NCBI RefSeq assembly: GCF_006345805.1
Contig: NC_042998.1
Coordinates: 116,870,001-116,934,000, forward strand
Reading direction: 5' to 3'
From: Octopus sinensis
Taxonomy: Eukaryota
DNA length: 64,000 bases
The translations under genes were made by a program, and so were the position numbers. This document shows, piece after piece, positions 23,216 to 37,654 of this stretch (position 1 is the first letter of the stretch; each line of letters opens with the position of its first letter). Below the pieces are notes generated by a model. It saw only the letters and a program-made list of their open reading frames with translations. It was not told the origin of the DNA and made no database searches.

Positions 23216-24083
23216 TATTCTATGTTCGATTGAAATGAATTTTATATCAAGATTGACCGGCTTTTCTGTAACCTTGTGGACTATTTTACGATCATAAAAT
23301 AGGTATATTTTCAAGAACGGAAATGCTAACAGCTCATCTCCAGTAGTGTCAGGTCAATAATTTAGATAATCTATTCGCTACGTCAAAATAGAATGCTAAT
23401 TGTTAACGATTTCAGTCACATACATAAGAAATATTTTTGGCTTGACTAAATTTATTTCTACATCGATAGTAATTGAAACCAGTGAGAAATGTTCGTTATT
23501 TAAAACAAACATCAAACAAAAAACAAACAAAAAACAATTAGATGTATGTTTGTGAATACGAATATCTAAGCAGTAATGACAAGCTATAATGTAAAGCGGT
23601 TTGTTCGATCTGCAACCTAATACCAATGCAATAAGTATCATTGGCTACCATAATGCAAAACTAATTTTGGCGTAAATAGCCCTTGTCAAAAACTTTTTTT
23701 TAGTATGATATATAGTGTAATCATTATATCAGTTAACTTTAGAAACATGAATGTGTTATTAGGAATTTTGATTTCATGTTTACCATTATTTATAGCTTTC
23801 ATAAATGGAGTAGAGGAAAATATTGTAATATTAAAATCAGTATTAGGATGTTTTTCATACTGTTCGAAGGATAATTGTAAATTATATCTGTAAGCTACAG
23901 AAATTGTTAAGAGCATTTTAGTGTAACATGAGCGGGTAAACAATAACACATCCATATATCTTATATTAGATCTACATATTTGTGTGCCTGTGATTGTGTA
24001 TTCATATATAATTACATACATATATGTGTATATATATATATATATATATACACACACATATATTTACCTATGTATATATATGC

Positions 24084-24115
<32 letters not shown>

Positions 24116-26074
24116 GTATATATATACATATATATATATATATGTATATAAGCACATATACGTATGTATATATGTGTGTGCGTGCGTGTGTTTGTGTATA
24201 TACTTAAATTCTTACTCACGAATGTACCTAAGTAAGAATGCTGCATGACTGACATCCGTGGCATTGAGTTGTCTCTACCTCCTACGTGTATTTCCTATTT
24301 AATATGTTTAATGTTTCATGTATGAGCACGTACTTTTGTATTTGTCTACACACACACACACGCACACAAACATACGCACGCATTTATATGCATATATATC
24401 ACATATTCTGGAAAGCACACACAGACAAGGATGCATGCACTTACAGCTACATGATACATACTCAGACTATCTCACACATATAATTTGTACATGTCTTCAC
24501 CGATTTATTTCTATATATCTATATATAATTGAACGTATGTTGTTTTCATATACAAGTTATCATGCATGTATGAACGTGTGTGGGATGTGTATATAATACA
24601 CATATACGAAACTTGCTATATAGCAAATTACAAATTTATCCTACTTATACGAAACGACTATATAACAAATTACAAAGTTATCCTACTTATCACAATGGCG
24701 TATAATATCACTTAGTCCACATTGCAAAATACAGCAATTATATCTAGCCGTGAGTTAATCTCTCATAATTTGGAAATAACTCTGTAGTTTTCAGTCTAAA
24801 ATAAGTGCTTTTAATGCACGTTTATCTCAATGTTTTTAAACATCACTTATATTTCGATATTTTCTATAATAAAACCATCCAAATATTTCGGCAGTCATTA
24901 CCACCTACTATTACGTTAGGTTATATGCATACCGAATTATTGAAATGGTTTCCCTTTTTACAGTCAAACGATTCTGTTTTATATTTTAAGAGTTTGGGAT
25001 AAGAAAATTGTTTTCTCTTTAGTTTATTGTATATTCTTGAGTCCCCGCCTGATAGGAAATTTGCATTCGTTCTTGTATTTGGAAAATTACCAAATGTTTG
25101 TGGTGGAACGATTCGGTGTGGGAAGAAGTAATATTCTTTTTTTTATTTATTTATATTTTAGGGAAGAAAGAGGTTTGGCACGAAACTTTTTCGTGTTAAC
25201 ACCTTGTAATGTGATGTATAAGTATCTTGAGATATTTCCTTCACCCATATTTTATTATATAAAATTATGAAAAGTAACACTTTCCCGAATACATTCTAAT
25301 GTTGTCAACTGCATTTTTGATCATATACAAGTACAGTCTTTCTCACAACAATAAAAATTTTCCTAGTCATATATTTTAAGTAATTATAATTTCAGTTATT
25401 CCCAATTTTTTTTTAACATTTTACCAAAGGTAAATATTCTCTTCATTATGTGTGATTTTATACACCAAGCCCTTATATGAGAATTTGATTATATACAACA
25501 AAAGAAACTAAAAGCATCTCATTACATATTAGACTAGCAAACGTTAAGAAGAATAAGCCTAGCGTATAAATAAATAAATAAATAAATAAAACATTAATAT
25601 TTGCTCTACACCTTCGATATCAGCTTTTAAAGTTTAAATGACACAACCAGCATAATGCAATTCTAAAGCTTGCATTATCTCTTCCGTTTTCCACCTTTAA
25701 CATAATTTTACGTTGTCAGCATTTCTGAGCTATCTGATTTCTAGTACGTAACTGATAAGACGATTAACATCCATTATCCCTTAGAACTCACAAATATTCA
25801 TCTTAAATTTTGCATTCAACTTTAGCATCTTAAATCAGATATTCATTTCTACATATCACTTACTACACCAGTTGTACAACAGCTTCTATTATCAGCTACT
25901 AGTTTCAAAATTTATTCAGAAATATACTAGTAGTCATAAAATCGTCATACATATAAACCTATCTCACGTGTGCTGACTGATATTTCATAAAGTAGATGAT
26001 CAGGGCTCAAACTTACCTACCGTATTAAACATTGCATGTCACAATCTACATTCACATTTATATACTCATATATA

Positions 26075-27296
26075 CTACTACTATGGCAATCCCTCAAGGT
26101 CGAGGATGATGGTCTTCGCGCAAATTTATTGGTGAGTCCGCAGGTGACTGATAAGACCAATTCTTGCTCGAAAAGATCGGTCACAGTGCGGACATCTAGT
26201 GCCGGAAGGGAGAGTCGCACATGGTTGTTGTTGGCACTCCTTCCGTCGTCGTCTTTTCTCCTCCAGCTCTGCAGACCTTTTCGACTCGAAATTCGCCGTT
26301 CCCTCATGGATGGTGGTTTTCCAGAGTGGTCTGTTTTTTGCCGTTTCCTCCCAGTTGGTGAAGTCAATGTCACAATTTTTGAGGTTCGATTTCAGGGAGT
26401 CCTTGTAGCGTTTCTTCTGGCCTCCTTTTGTACGCTTGCCGTCTTTGAGTTGGGAGTAGAAGATCTGTTTGGGAAGTCGTTCGTCAGTCATTCTAACCAC
26501 GTGACCGCCCCATCTTAGTTGGCCTTTGATGACATAGGCTTCGATGCTGGTCATTTTTGCTTCTTGTAGCACGCTGACGTTAGTTCTTCTGTCTTCCCAG
26601 CTGATGTTGAGGATCTTCCGAAGACAGCGTTGGTGAAATTTCTCGAGCGTTTTCAAGTGGTGACTATACGGGGTCCAGGTTTCGGATGTGTAAAGGAGGG
26701 TTGGAATAATGACTGCCCTGTACACCATGAGTTTGGTTTCGGTTCGGATGTCCCGATCAGCAAAAACTCTTGTTCGAAGCTTTCCGAAAGCTGTTCCTGC
26801 ACACTTCAGACGGTGTTGGATTTCATCGCTGAGGTCTACCTTTGCTGACAGATGGCTCCCAAGGTAGCAGAAGTGGTTCAAATTTTCCAGTGGATTTCCT
26901 TCGAGTTGAATCGATGGCGGGTTGTCAACATGGGTATTTGGGGGAGGTTGGTAGAGTAAGTGAGTCTTCTTGATGTTGATGCTCAGTCCAAGTTTAGTAT
27001 ATGCATGATGAAAAGCATTTAGGATCTGTTGGAGGTGATCCTCTCTGTGAGCTGCTACACTGTTGTCGTCGGCATATTGGAACTCTAGCAAGCTTCGCAC
27101 CATTGTCTTTGACGTACTTTTGAGGCGAGCGAGGTTGAAAAGCTTGCCGTCCATTCTGTACGAGATCTCGATGCCAGGTGGAAGGTCATCTCGTATGATG
27201 TGCAACACTGTCACGATAAAGATGGTAAAGAGATTTGGCACTATCACGCAGCCTTGCTTCACTTCGGAGGTGACTTTAAATGTCACTAATAAAGTC
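26075..27296 (-). mobile_element. RTE (BovB-like) LINE, 5'-truncated, young
   Basis: Open frame with VKQGCVI.PNLF, FQYADD, FCYLGS, LRW.GHVVRM, C-terminal CPHCDRSFRARIGLISHLRTH; short 3' UTR and (TAG)n tail; candidate TSD ACTCATATATA (26064-74) / ACTCATACATA (27297-307). Confidence 0.95.
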
Positions 27297-27298
27297 AC
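26126..27298 (-). CDS. RTE ORF, C-terminal ~390 codons (RT domain 4 onward plus zinc finger), open but N-terminally truncated
   Basis: ORF track 26126..27298 has no stops; its start lies at the insertion junction, so this is not a complete gene. Confidence 0.8.
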   Translation of the reverse strand: MTLLVTFKVTSEVKQGCVIVPNLFTIFIVTVLHIIRDDLPPGIEISYRMDGKLFNLARLKSTSKTMVRSLLEFQYADDNSVAAHREDHLQQILNAFHHAYTKLGLSINIKKTHLLYQPPPNTHVDNPPSIQLEGNPLENLNHFCYLGSHLSAKVDLSDEIQHRLKCAGTAFGKLRTRVFADRDIRTETKLMVYRAVIIPTLLYTSETWTPYSHHLKTLEKFHQRCLRKILNISWEDRRTNVSVLQEAKMTSIEAYVIKGQLRWGGHVVRMTDERLPKQIFYSQLKDGKRTKGGQKKRYKDSLKSNLKNCDIDFTNWEETAKNRPLWKTTIHEGTANFESKRSAELEEKRRRRKECQQQPCATLPSGTRCPHCDRSFRARIGLISHLRTHQ

Positions 27299-27724
27299 TC
27301 ATACATAACTACATACACGCACGCTCCTATACACACATATATGCGCATGCATTTCTCTGTAAATACATTTATGTCCCATGTTAGTATTAATATGCTCCAT
27401 ATTACTGGTAACATGTATTAAGAAAGAATTCATAGATATAGAATAAAGTAACTAGATGTTTATTATTTCTCTTTATCATTTGACAGCCTAACTATAACTT
27501 TGTTCCCATACTGATTAACTTGAATTTTCAGCATATTATATAGAAACAATTTTACCAAGCCTCTATGTAGATTTTACAAGTATATTAGTTGAAAGATTTT
27601 TTGATACATAATAAAGTGCAATTGTTGCATTGTAAGTGTCAGTAAGTTAGTGAGAGAATATATATATCCAACATATTACCTTGCAATTTTTTAAACATTT
27701 TTTCTTTTATGTAGTGTTCTACAG

Positions 27725-28015
27725 TGAAGGCGCGTGTGTTAGAGGTTAGAGTATTCGGCTTATGATAGTAAGGTCCTGACTTCCAAAACCGGCGGTGCGC
27801 TGTCTCCTTGAGCAAGACATTTAATTTCATGTTGCTCCAGTCAACTCAACTGGGAAAATGTATTTCAAAGGACCAGCCTTGTCACATTCTGTGTCAAACT
27901 TGATCTCCCTAGGAAATATATTAAGGGTAAGCGTGTTTGTGGAGTAATCAGTCACTTAACCGTTAATTTCACGAGAAGCTGTTAAACTGAAACCCTCCGC
28001 GTCATAACCGACTGA
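27725..28015 (+). mobile_element. tRNA-derived SINE, family C
   Basis: Decayed tRNA-like head, CTTGAGCAAGACA, and a 3' part (GTATTTCAAAGG..CAGCCTTGTCAC...GTTAATTTCACGAG) shared with 40275-40606. Confidence 0.75.
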
Positions 28016-29593
28016 GTACTTGTATGATTCTTCCACAGCGCACTCAGCAATTTTGAAATTTCGACTCTCAGAGACAATGATCAAAACCAAACCGAAGGAG
28101 AAAAAAAAAGCAAAGCGCAAGCAGTGGTGTGAAAGAACTACAAGCGATTATTGTAATTTTTCTGAAGGATATTGTGGAAATCAATGTTACAAAGAAAGAA
28201 AGGGTGTAAAGCACACCCAAACACAAATTAGGCTAAGCCGTTTATGCAATATAGCTTCTGGGAACGTATTCTAAAAAATATTATCACAATAACGAATGAA
28301 TATAAGAAATGAGCACGGATGAATATAAGAAATGAAATACTCTGAAATGAGAAATAACATCATCTAGATTTTCATGTTACTCTGGATCTTATATTACATA
28401 TTGAAAATTAACCTTATATTACATATTGAGAATTAGTCTTAATTAACCATGGCTAACCTATACGTTATATTTCACATTGAACAATCAAACGTACGATGCA
28501 TAAGCAATATATTATATATGATATTACAACACAAGATCTCCCACATATACACATGCATATATTTCTTCCTGATACAAAAACTAATTGAAGATATCTGCAT
28601 GGATATACAAATTACCCAAGAAATAAATATAAATATATGAATACAAATTGCATATTCCATAATGTAACTGCTGCTATTTTTATTTATTATTAAGTGTTTC
28701 CCATACATGTCCATGCTAAACAGCTATATATTTATTTAGTAAAGCATTAAGCATTGGACTAAACAATATATGATTCATACAACATTTTAATCTAACATTC
28801 GGCTTAATAACTCAATAATAATTAAGGTAGAACAATGATTATATCAGCGATAGAATTATAGATAATCATACATGTATAAATGCTGCATATACAAATTAAC
28901 ACCTGACTAAACCATAGAAATTATATAATTAATTCATACAGGTACGTAATCACATGTTCAAGAGTATATGTGTATATATTCGTGTATCTGTGTGTTTGAG
29001 TGTGCATATATGTATTTGCATAGAGTGGCTACAGTAAAATTCAGACACCTATTGCATGAAAATTCAACAGTAAATTGGCTTTATATTATTCGATGTTGTA
29101 AGCGAAGAATTGCTAATTGATTATAAATTTGTTTTTTAGTCTGTCAACGTTCATGAATAATTTTGACTATGGTAATTTCAATTAATATGGGGTGGCAATT
29201 CTCAACAATTTTTTTCTACTCATTAGATAACATCAGTTAACTAAAGTCCACTGAATGATTTTGTTTGACGAGAGGGATATAACTAGCTAGTGGAAGAACA
29301 CTTGAAATATATCATGACTTCACAATGATATAATATAATGCACACACACTAATCTCAGTTGCTTTCTGTCTCGCTTTATCGCCCTCTTTCTCTCTCTCTC
29401 TCTATCTATCTTTCTTTCTCTCCTGCTCTCTCTTTTCTGCTCTCTCACTCATGTTATATATTTTAATCAGAGGCAACTCATATTCAAATATTATTGACGT
29501 AACATTCATGATGCATGTATTTTGTTTATGCGCCCATTAGCTGCGGAATAACGTCTGAAGGAATAACTTCCCTTTAAGATGCCGATTTTTACA

Positions 29594-29630
<37 letters not shown>

Positions 29631-30034
29631 TGTGTATATATATAATAGGAATAAGACAAAGAAATGCTTTAACACATCTGAAGTCATCGGTTCTAATTAT
29701 GTCTGTACCAACTCTGCGTACAGCGCCATTGTGCCAAAGTAAGATGCAAGTCCGATGAAGTACCACTCGAATATCTAACACCGCAAATATTATGTAAATT
29801 TTCACTTCCAATTTTGCATTAACTGGCGTAGTAACTAGTGTTTCTAAACAAACATTTGCAACTGACGATTAAAGAGGTGTTAAAGTATTTCTTTGTTTCT
29901 TATTCTTATTTCTTATTCTTCGCAACACCCACACAACGGCTTTACCGTCGTGAAACCAGGATTTTCTGCATCTAATGATTCGTATTGAGAGCTTCTCTGG
30001 TAGTAACCTACCTTTATGCCAGCACCCTATATAT

Positions 30035-30885
30035 ATTAGGTCGTTTCACATGAAATGTCGCATTTTTAATTACTTGCTATTTCAGTCATTAAAAGCTTAA
30101 TTATGTGTACCTTGCATTTACTCTTGACTCTTTTTCTTTTCTTACAATACTGGCATTCAAAATTCGTACCCACACACCTTATGAAAATGATAACAAGCAA
30201 ATTATGTTGAGTGATTTTATCGTATGATTACAAGCTAGGTCAATTTGCCACAGAAGCTCCACGGATTATAAAAAAACTGTTCAGAGATAGTTCCAAATCA
30301 GTCGTTCAGGAGAACAGGACAGCGATTAGATGAGGAGAGTCACCTAAACATTACCGAAACCCACTGTTGCACCCTAAACAGTTATGCGGTCACTGTATGG
30401 TGGTCTCCAAAGGGATTTATTCATTAAACACGGTAACAGCAACATCGCATTGTCATGAAATTGATTGTATGCATGAGAATTTCAAAAAGAAACAACCCAG
30501 ACTAGTGAATAGTGATGACCCAATTTTGATCCATAACAAGGCACCTCCTCACGCTCCTCAAGCTAAGGTCCAAAATTTGCAAGGTCTCAATTATGAGATT
30601 TTGCAATATCCTACCTATTCCCCTGATATATCTCCTACTGGTCATTACTCATTTAAGCATTTTCAGCTGTCCACAAGCGATAACACATTCTTAAATAGAG
30701 AAGAGATAATTGAAGCATTCGGACAGTTTGTCATGGCAAAAATGAATTTTTTTTTAAAGATGGAATATATGACATAGAAAAACGTTGGATAAACGTCATA
30801 AATGAATGTGGATTATACTTTGATTAAATAAATCAGTTCTCTAACACTTCCGAGAATTTTATTACATTTAAATTACAATCTAATA
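30035..30885 (+). mobile_element. Mariner (D,D34D) remnant, internally deleted
   Basis: TATTAGGTCG...CAATCTAATA termini; YDYKLGQ.ATEA N-terminus; LHPK, PILIHNKAPPH and YPTYSPDISP (YSPDLAP motif). Confidence 0.88.
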
Positions 30886-30915
30886 TATTATATATATATA
30901 TATTATATATATATA

Positions 30916-30946
<31 letters not shown>

Positions 30947-31090
30947 CATATATACATATACATATATACATATACACATATACATATATACATAAATATA
31001 TATGTACATACACATATATATATACATACATATACATATATATATACATACACATTTATATATATATATATACATACATATACACACATA

Positions 31091-31123
<33 letters not shown>

Positions 31124-31407
31124 ATGTATATACAGGAAGAGAGAGAGAGATAAATAGATACATAAATACATACGTACATACATTTATCTCTATCTACACT
31201 ATAAAATCTAATGAGACTTACAACAAAGCATACAGTATTAGAAATGTACAACAAGATATTACATGATAAGTCAACCTCAATGTAAAAGCACGCTATAAGC
31301 GCATCCCCGTGAAGAATGCACTATGGGAAAAAATTTAGCATAGTAACACGCAAGTTATGTGTGTATGCATATGAATGTATCGATGTATATTTATCTATCT
31401 ATCTCCC

Positions 31408-31479
<72 letters not shown>

Positions 31480-32390
31480 ATATATATATATATATATATA
31501 CTTATACATAATATATATACTCTTGCATGTATATACATACACATACGTTCATATATGCATGTCTAATTGTCTTTGTACTTGGAGTGAATCTTCAATGGAA
31601 ATGTGGCATAGGATACAACAAGCAACTTTAGTTAGGCCTCGTACTTCTGTTTCTGTATTATCACAAGTACATAAACCAGGACATATAGGCTTATATGTGC
31701 TGCTGAGAATAGAAAGATATTAAATATAGTATGATGGAGAATTCGGCAATGAATTATTCAAATTATTCAGATCATTCTCCGTCAAGAGTTATTCTCCAGA
31801 AACATAAAGAAATGATTAAATTTCAACATAAGATGAATGATGAGTAATATCTTAGGCAATCATAATATAAGTAATATTATAAAGTGTCTGTGCCTATGCA
31901 ATAAAATGATATTAAAATGCGGTTGTCAACAGTCATAGTATAATTCATGCATATTGACTGTAAAAATAACTTTAGTATAATTTTATCAGGACCCCTTGTG
32001 TAAGTACTGAAGTCATCATTACATATTGCCTGTGATCATTGGGACACATTGAACTCTCTAAGTTGCCTTCAACAGTTCATATAACCTAATTCACGAAAAA
32101 TGTGCAATTTCACATAAAATATATTTCCCAATGGTTTTGAGAAATACTGGAAATTTATTATGTTATTATGTATACTTAAGTGCTTTAAGTCAAGCATATA
32201 AACATTACTCACACTAAAAAATTTACCAGTAGAGAGAAATTTCGAAGTTACTGGCAAGATTGTATTTATAAAGTTATTACTTCTTAAATATAGCTAGAGT
32301 TTGACTGCATATATGCTTTGATCTGCATAACATATAGAAATATGTTTAGATGTATATATGTATGTATCCATATATATATATATCCATGTG

Positions 32391-32421
<31 letters not shown>

Positions 32422-33109
32422 CCATGTATGTATCCATATATATATATATATATCCATGTGTATATATATATATTTATATATATCCATGTGTATATATATA
32501 TATATGTGCGTGTGTGTGTGTGGATATATATATATATATGAATACATATATACATATATACACAAAGAAAGATATACTCACAAGCATGTATATATATTAG
32601 TCATAAAAAGCATACACATATATACGTGTGTATGTGCATCTCTGTGTGTTTCAGAGAGAGAGAGAGTGAGAAAGAGAGAGAGTGAGTGTATGTGTGTCTG
32701 CGCGTGCATGCATGTACCCAAAGTACACACATATGTAGCCAAGCTGAATGATAGTTGACAGCCATGTAGGCGTTGTTTCGAAGTTGCTGAAATGTTAAAT
32801 TATTGACTCGAGTTGATGGAACATACGGCTAGACAGACTGCGTGTCAAGAGTGATAAGGTAAAATAAATTTATATAAGTGTGTATACACAGCGGAGAAAC
32901 AATTGAAAATAAAAGCAAGAACTGTTGTGGGTTCATCTATTATTGATTAGTAAATGTCGATAACTGTGTGGGTATCTGTTGGTGATATGGAAATATTTTT
33001 CAATGGATTGTCATTTGTTTAAACAAATGTCTCCGGTGTGTTAGACAGTCTAAAAACTATGCAATGGACAGTAAATGTTTGATAGGATGGGAAATGTGGT
33101 ACGTGAATT

Positions 33110-33200
33110 GATTTGAATTGCACATAAGTTTGAAAATATGAATGGCAATAATGGTCAAATGAATTTCAATGTAGATGATTGTGAATACTCAAACATAATA
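33110..33200 (+). pseudogene. CR1/L2-type RT remnant
   Basis: GQMNFNVDDC resembles WQMxFNxxKC; nothing else is recognisable. Confidence 0.3.
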
Positions 33201-34443
33201 GAAAATTATTCGTAGTAGTTACTATTAATTAATTGTGGTCTTAATTGGAAGATGATTAGGAAATAAAAACTCTTTGTTCGAGTTCATGAGTGAGACACTG
33301 TACTTCCATTAAGTTTTTTATATGTGTGTTTAGGTTTCATAGCTGATTGTTTGTGAAGATAACGAATTTCCTGTTTATATTAAAGTGTTGCTACGATGCA
33401 CAGTTTTCAACTATTGCACCGTCGGTTCTGGTACGATAATAACCAACAAGCAAATATGTCATTAGTTATAATAAATACACTAACAAATATGACTGGCAAT
33501 ATATTGCGTCGTAAAACCTCAGTTTTTGGATAGAAAATTACGTAAGTCCGTACGAAAACGTGAGAGGTCCACCAATGTTTCAGATAAAGTCATTTTATTT
33601 TCTACATGAAAATAAACTAGAAAGAGGAAGGGTAAAAAGAGTGAGAGAGAAAGAAAGAAAGGAAAAGGAAGAAAAAAAAGAAAAAAAGAAAGAAAGAAAG
33701 TGTGAGCGAGAGAGTATAAGATCATCTCACATGGAAAAGTGGAAACTTTTGACTCAGAGAAGTCAGATGAGATAGAGACGGCAAGATAATTTGATTGAGT
33801 TGAAGTCCGTTAGGGGAAGATAGGATAATTTAAATGAAGAGGGTAGCTATTGCAAAAGAAAGCTCGGGATAAAATTGTGAGGCGAAAATAAGATAAGCTC
33901 GGTGTTCAGATCAAGAGAGAGAATAACATTGTCATTGAAGAAAGATGAAATAAATGCAACATTACTTTTGGCCACGTGAGCAACAGAAATAATTCTGTGT
34001 TTTAAGCCTCTGTCATCATGAATGAAAGTATACCTTTTGCCATTCCTTGCTATAAAAGTTACTATTGGGACATTTCGTATAGCATTATACGTAGATTTTA
34101 AGAAATAATGTTGATTGATAATGTAATTAGAAAGTGAAGGTGGCCATTTATTTAGGCAACTTATAATATGCTGAAATATATAGTCAACACGATTTTATAC
34201 TTGCTGTATGTGTAAACTCAAATAAAAATCAATATTAATTATGCTAACTGTGGTATAAATTAGTAATTCAATCAATTCCTACATTATGAATGCTTAAAGA
34301 CTTAATATAATATGTATCTATTTAACTATGTAGCTATCTACATATCGATAAATATCTATGTGTCTGTGTTTACAGATAGACAGATGTGTGTTCATACCTA
34401 TATATATATATATATATATAGATAGATGAGTGTATTTTATAAT

Positions 34444-34508
<65 letters not shown>

Positions 34509-35399
34509 TATATATGATCGTGAAACACACATATATATATGTATATATATAATCAAGAGTGTGTTCACTTAATCACGTGAACAAAACAAATAGAACATTA
34601 GTCACTAATAATCAAGTTAATACAAATGAAATCGGTGAGTAAGATTATCTTTTCATCATTCCAAAGTAAAAGCAATATACATCTGTTTATACATGCACAC
34701 ACTCACAAATGCAAATAAACACACTCACACATTACACATACACACACATGCACACACACATACACACACACAATCATACATACATACATATAAACACACG
34801 CATACAGATGCACACACACTCACATATATATGCACAGCATTATACTCAGTTTATTTTTTCTTAGTCAGAACCGGAATTGCAGCATCTATGACTAAGCATG
34901 GGGACTGAGCCGACAGGTTGTTAAAAGAATGTAAATACCACCGATAGACCAACCAGGTACAAATAACAGCAACAATGTAGAATGCACTACAGCTACCCCA
35001 TGTCTATGTGTGACAATAAACCAGGCAAAATAAAAAAAACTTTTAACAGACACTGTGATGCTTCCCTTAGAAGCTTCCACATAATTTAATCAAAGAAATT
35101 TTGTCTGGAAACGTTAAGATCAACTACTATTAAAACCAAGTAGCCAACGCTGCGCCTATACATATTTAAGTGTGAGTATGTATGTGAGCAAGACGTCGGT
35201 GCACGTGTATGCTTAAGCTTGAGATATATGTGTATATGCGTATGAATAGTACATGCTGGAAACAATAAGAAGAATGACGATAATAAAAGCAATATTACCC
35301 AAGTCTTCGTCCTTGGTATATAAGATTAACAGATTTATAAGGAAACATCAAAGAAGTGTAAAACCAAAGTTGAGCAGCAAAGAAATTACTTGATGAAAG

Positions 35400-35505
35400 A
35401 ATCTGGTTGCAATAGCAGTGGAAGGTAACTTCACGGAAAATATATAAACTTGGAACTTGGAATGTGTTTTCCCTTCTGGTAAAGGAAGTTTATTGGCAGC
35501 CACGT
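35400..35505 (+). pseudogene. Possible RTE endonuclease N-terminal remnant
   Basis: AAACTTGGAACTTGGAATGTG translates KLGTWNV, the APE domain I motif. Confidence 0.35.
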
Positions 35506-35564
35506 ACTGCGTAAGACATAAATGTTTCGCCCACTCAATAAATACCAACCGTACTGAGGTAATA

Positions 35565-36018
<454 letters not shown>

Positions 36019-36756
36019 TGTGCGTGTGTGTGTGTGTGTATAATATGTGAATTTGATAATGGGATGGGGGATCCTGAAGTGGAATTTTAATTGAAATCGG
36101 ATGGGTATATAAATATTTATAAATGAATAGGTGTATCCGAGCACGCACGCACGTACACTCACACATACGCACTCACATATATGTACATATGTGTGTATGT
36201 ATATATAAGACATATAAAGATACGTAAACACCTGTATATATACATATATAGACACACTAGTACATAAAAGCATGTACACATAAAAACACAGAAATATATA
36301 TATATATCTATATCTATGTATCTATATATGTGTGTGACTGTGTGTGTGTGTGCTTGTAAGTATTATGTAGATATATGTGCGCAAATCCAGGAATATATAT
36401 TACAAACACGCATGTATATATGTTTATAGATATAATGAAGGAGGGTAGGTATCTAGAAAGATTCATAAATAGATGGATGGAAGGAGAGGGGAATGAGTGG
36501 ATAGAGGCTCCGACAGACGTTTTGTCCAGTATTAGAGTAGTAGATACTAATATTAATAAGTGTTTCTACAGCTAACTGCTATCAGAGAAACTATTAAAGC
36601 TGTCAATCTTTAATAAAAGGTAGCCGAATATAACTGCAACCACGTGAGTCATTTCATTTCTTCCATTAATGTCTTGTATTCTGCTATTGTGAATTGATCC
36701 CAAGACAGCATAGTCCAATATTTTCATTGTGCCTAAGACAACAGAGTGTGAATTGG

Positions 36757-37654
36757 ATATCATGAATATGTGCCCGATGTTTCAATTTTGGTTAGAAATA
36801 TTGTCAGCGATAACCGTTTGTTCAACCAACAATAATTTCTGTGAAAGAATGCTTGAGTGAAAGAACATGCAGAAGATGGTTTGCAAAATTCAGAAGTGGA
36901 GATTTCAGCCTTGAAGATGAAGATCGAACAGGACGTCCAGTTGAATTTAATGATAAGCCCCTTGATGAATTACTTGAAGAAAATCCTGCATTATTATTTG
37001 AAGAAATGACAATAAAGCTTAGTTCAAACCATACAACTGTTCATCGTCATCTTCAACAACTCGGAAAGTTTTCTAAACTTGGAAAATGTGTTCCTCATGA
37101 ATTGTCCGAAAGCAACCACAAATTCCGAGTTGACATCTGCGAACTCATTTCACCCTTTCTGGATCGACTGATGATGGGTGACGAAAAATGGATGTTCTTC
37201 GTAATGTTAAACGTCGTAAACAGTGGCTTGTTAAAAGGAAAATGGCTCAACCACAACCGACAAGGCAACTTCATAGAAAAAAAGGTTCTTCTCTCTATCT
37301 GGTGGGATTGATAAGGAGTAATTCGTTTTGAATTGTTACTACCTAATGCAACAATTAATACTTATTCTCCCGACCTTGTTCCTTCAGACTACCATTTGTT
37401 CAGTAATTTACAGAATCATTTGGGGGACATAACTTTCACAAGTAAGGAGGGGCTCGAAATTGACATTTCAGAGTTCTTCGCTTTGAAACCAAAAGTGTTT
37501 CACATTGATGGGATTTAAAATCTTGTAAATAGATGGAAGGAAGTCATAGATAATCAGGAAAAGTACATTGATGATTAAATTTCAATTAAATATAAATTTG
37601 ATAACTTGTTTTCATTACTCAAAATTCGGACAATACTTATGGGATGACCTGATA
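36757..37654 (+). mobile_element. Mariner (D,D34D) remnant
   Basis: LSERTCRRWFAKFRSGDFSLEDEDRTGRP, GDEKW, LSIWWD, YSPDLVPSDYHLF; 3' TIR GGACAATACTTATGGGATGACCTGATA. The 5' boundary is approximate. Confidence 0.92.

Noticed and set aside
24630-28440. Small tandem duplications at 24630-24700, 28295-28335 and 28387-28437
   Set aside because: Two-unit slippage duplications with unequal contexts; not CRISPR-like and unremarkable.
36572-36763. Minus-strand ORF with a good acceptor (CTCTGTTGTCTTAG); an alternative frame faintly resembles a C2-domain end
   Set aside because: The C2-like frame has two stops, the open frame has no strong donor, and the resemblance is likely chance.
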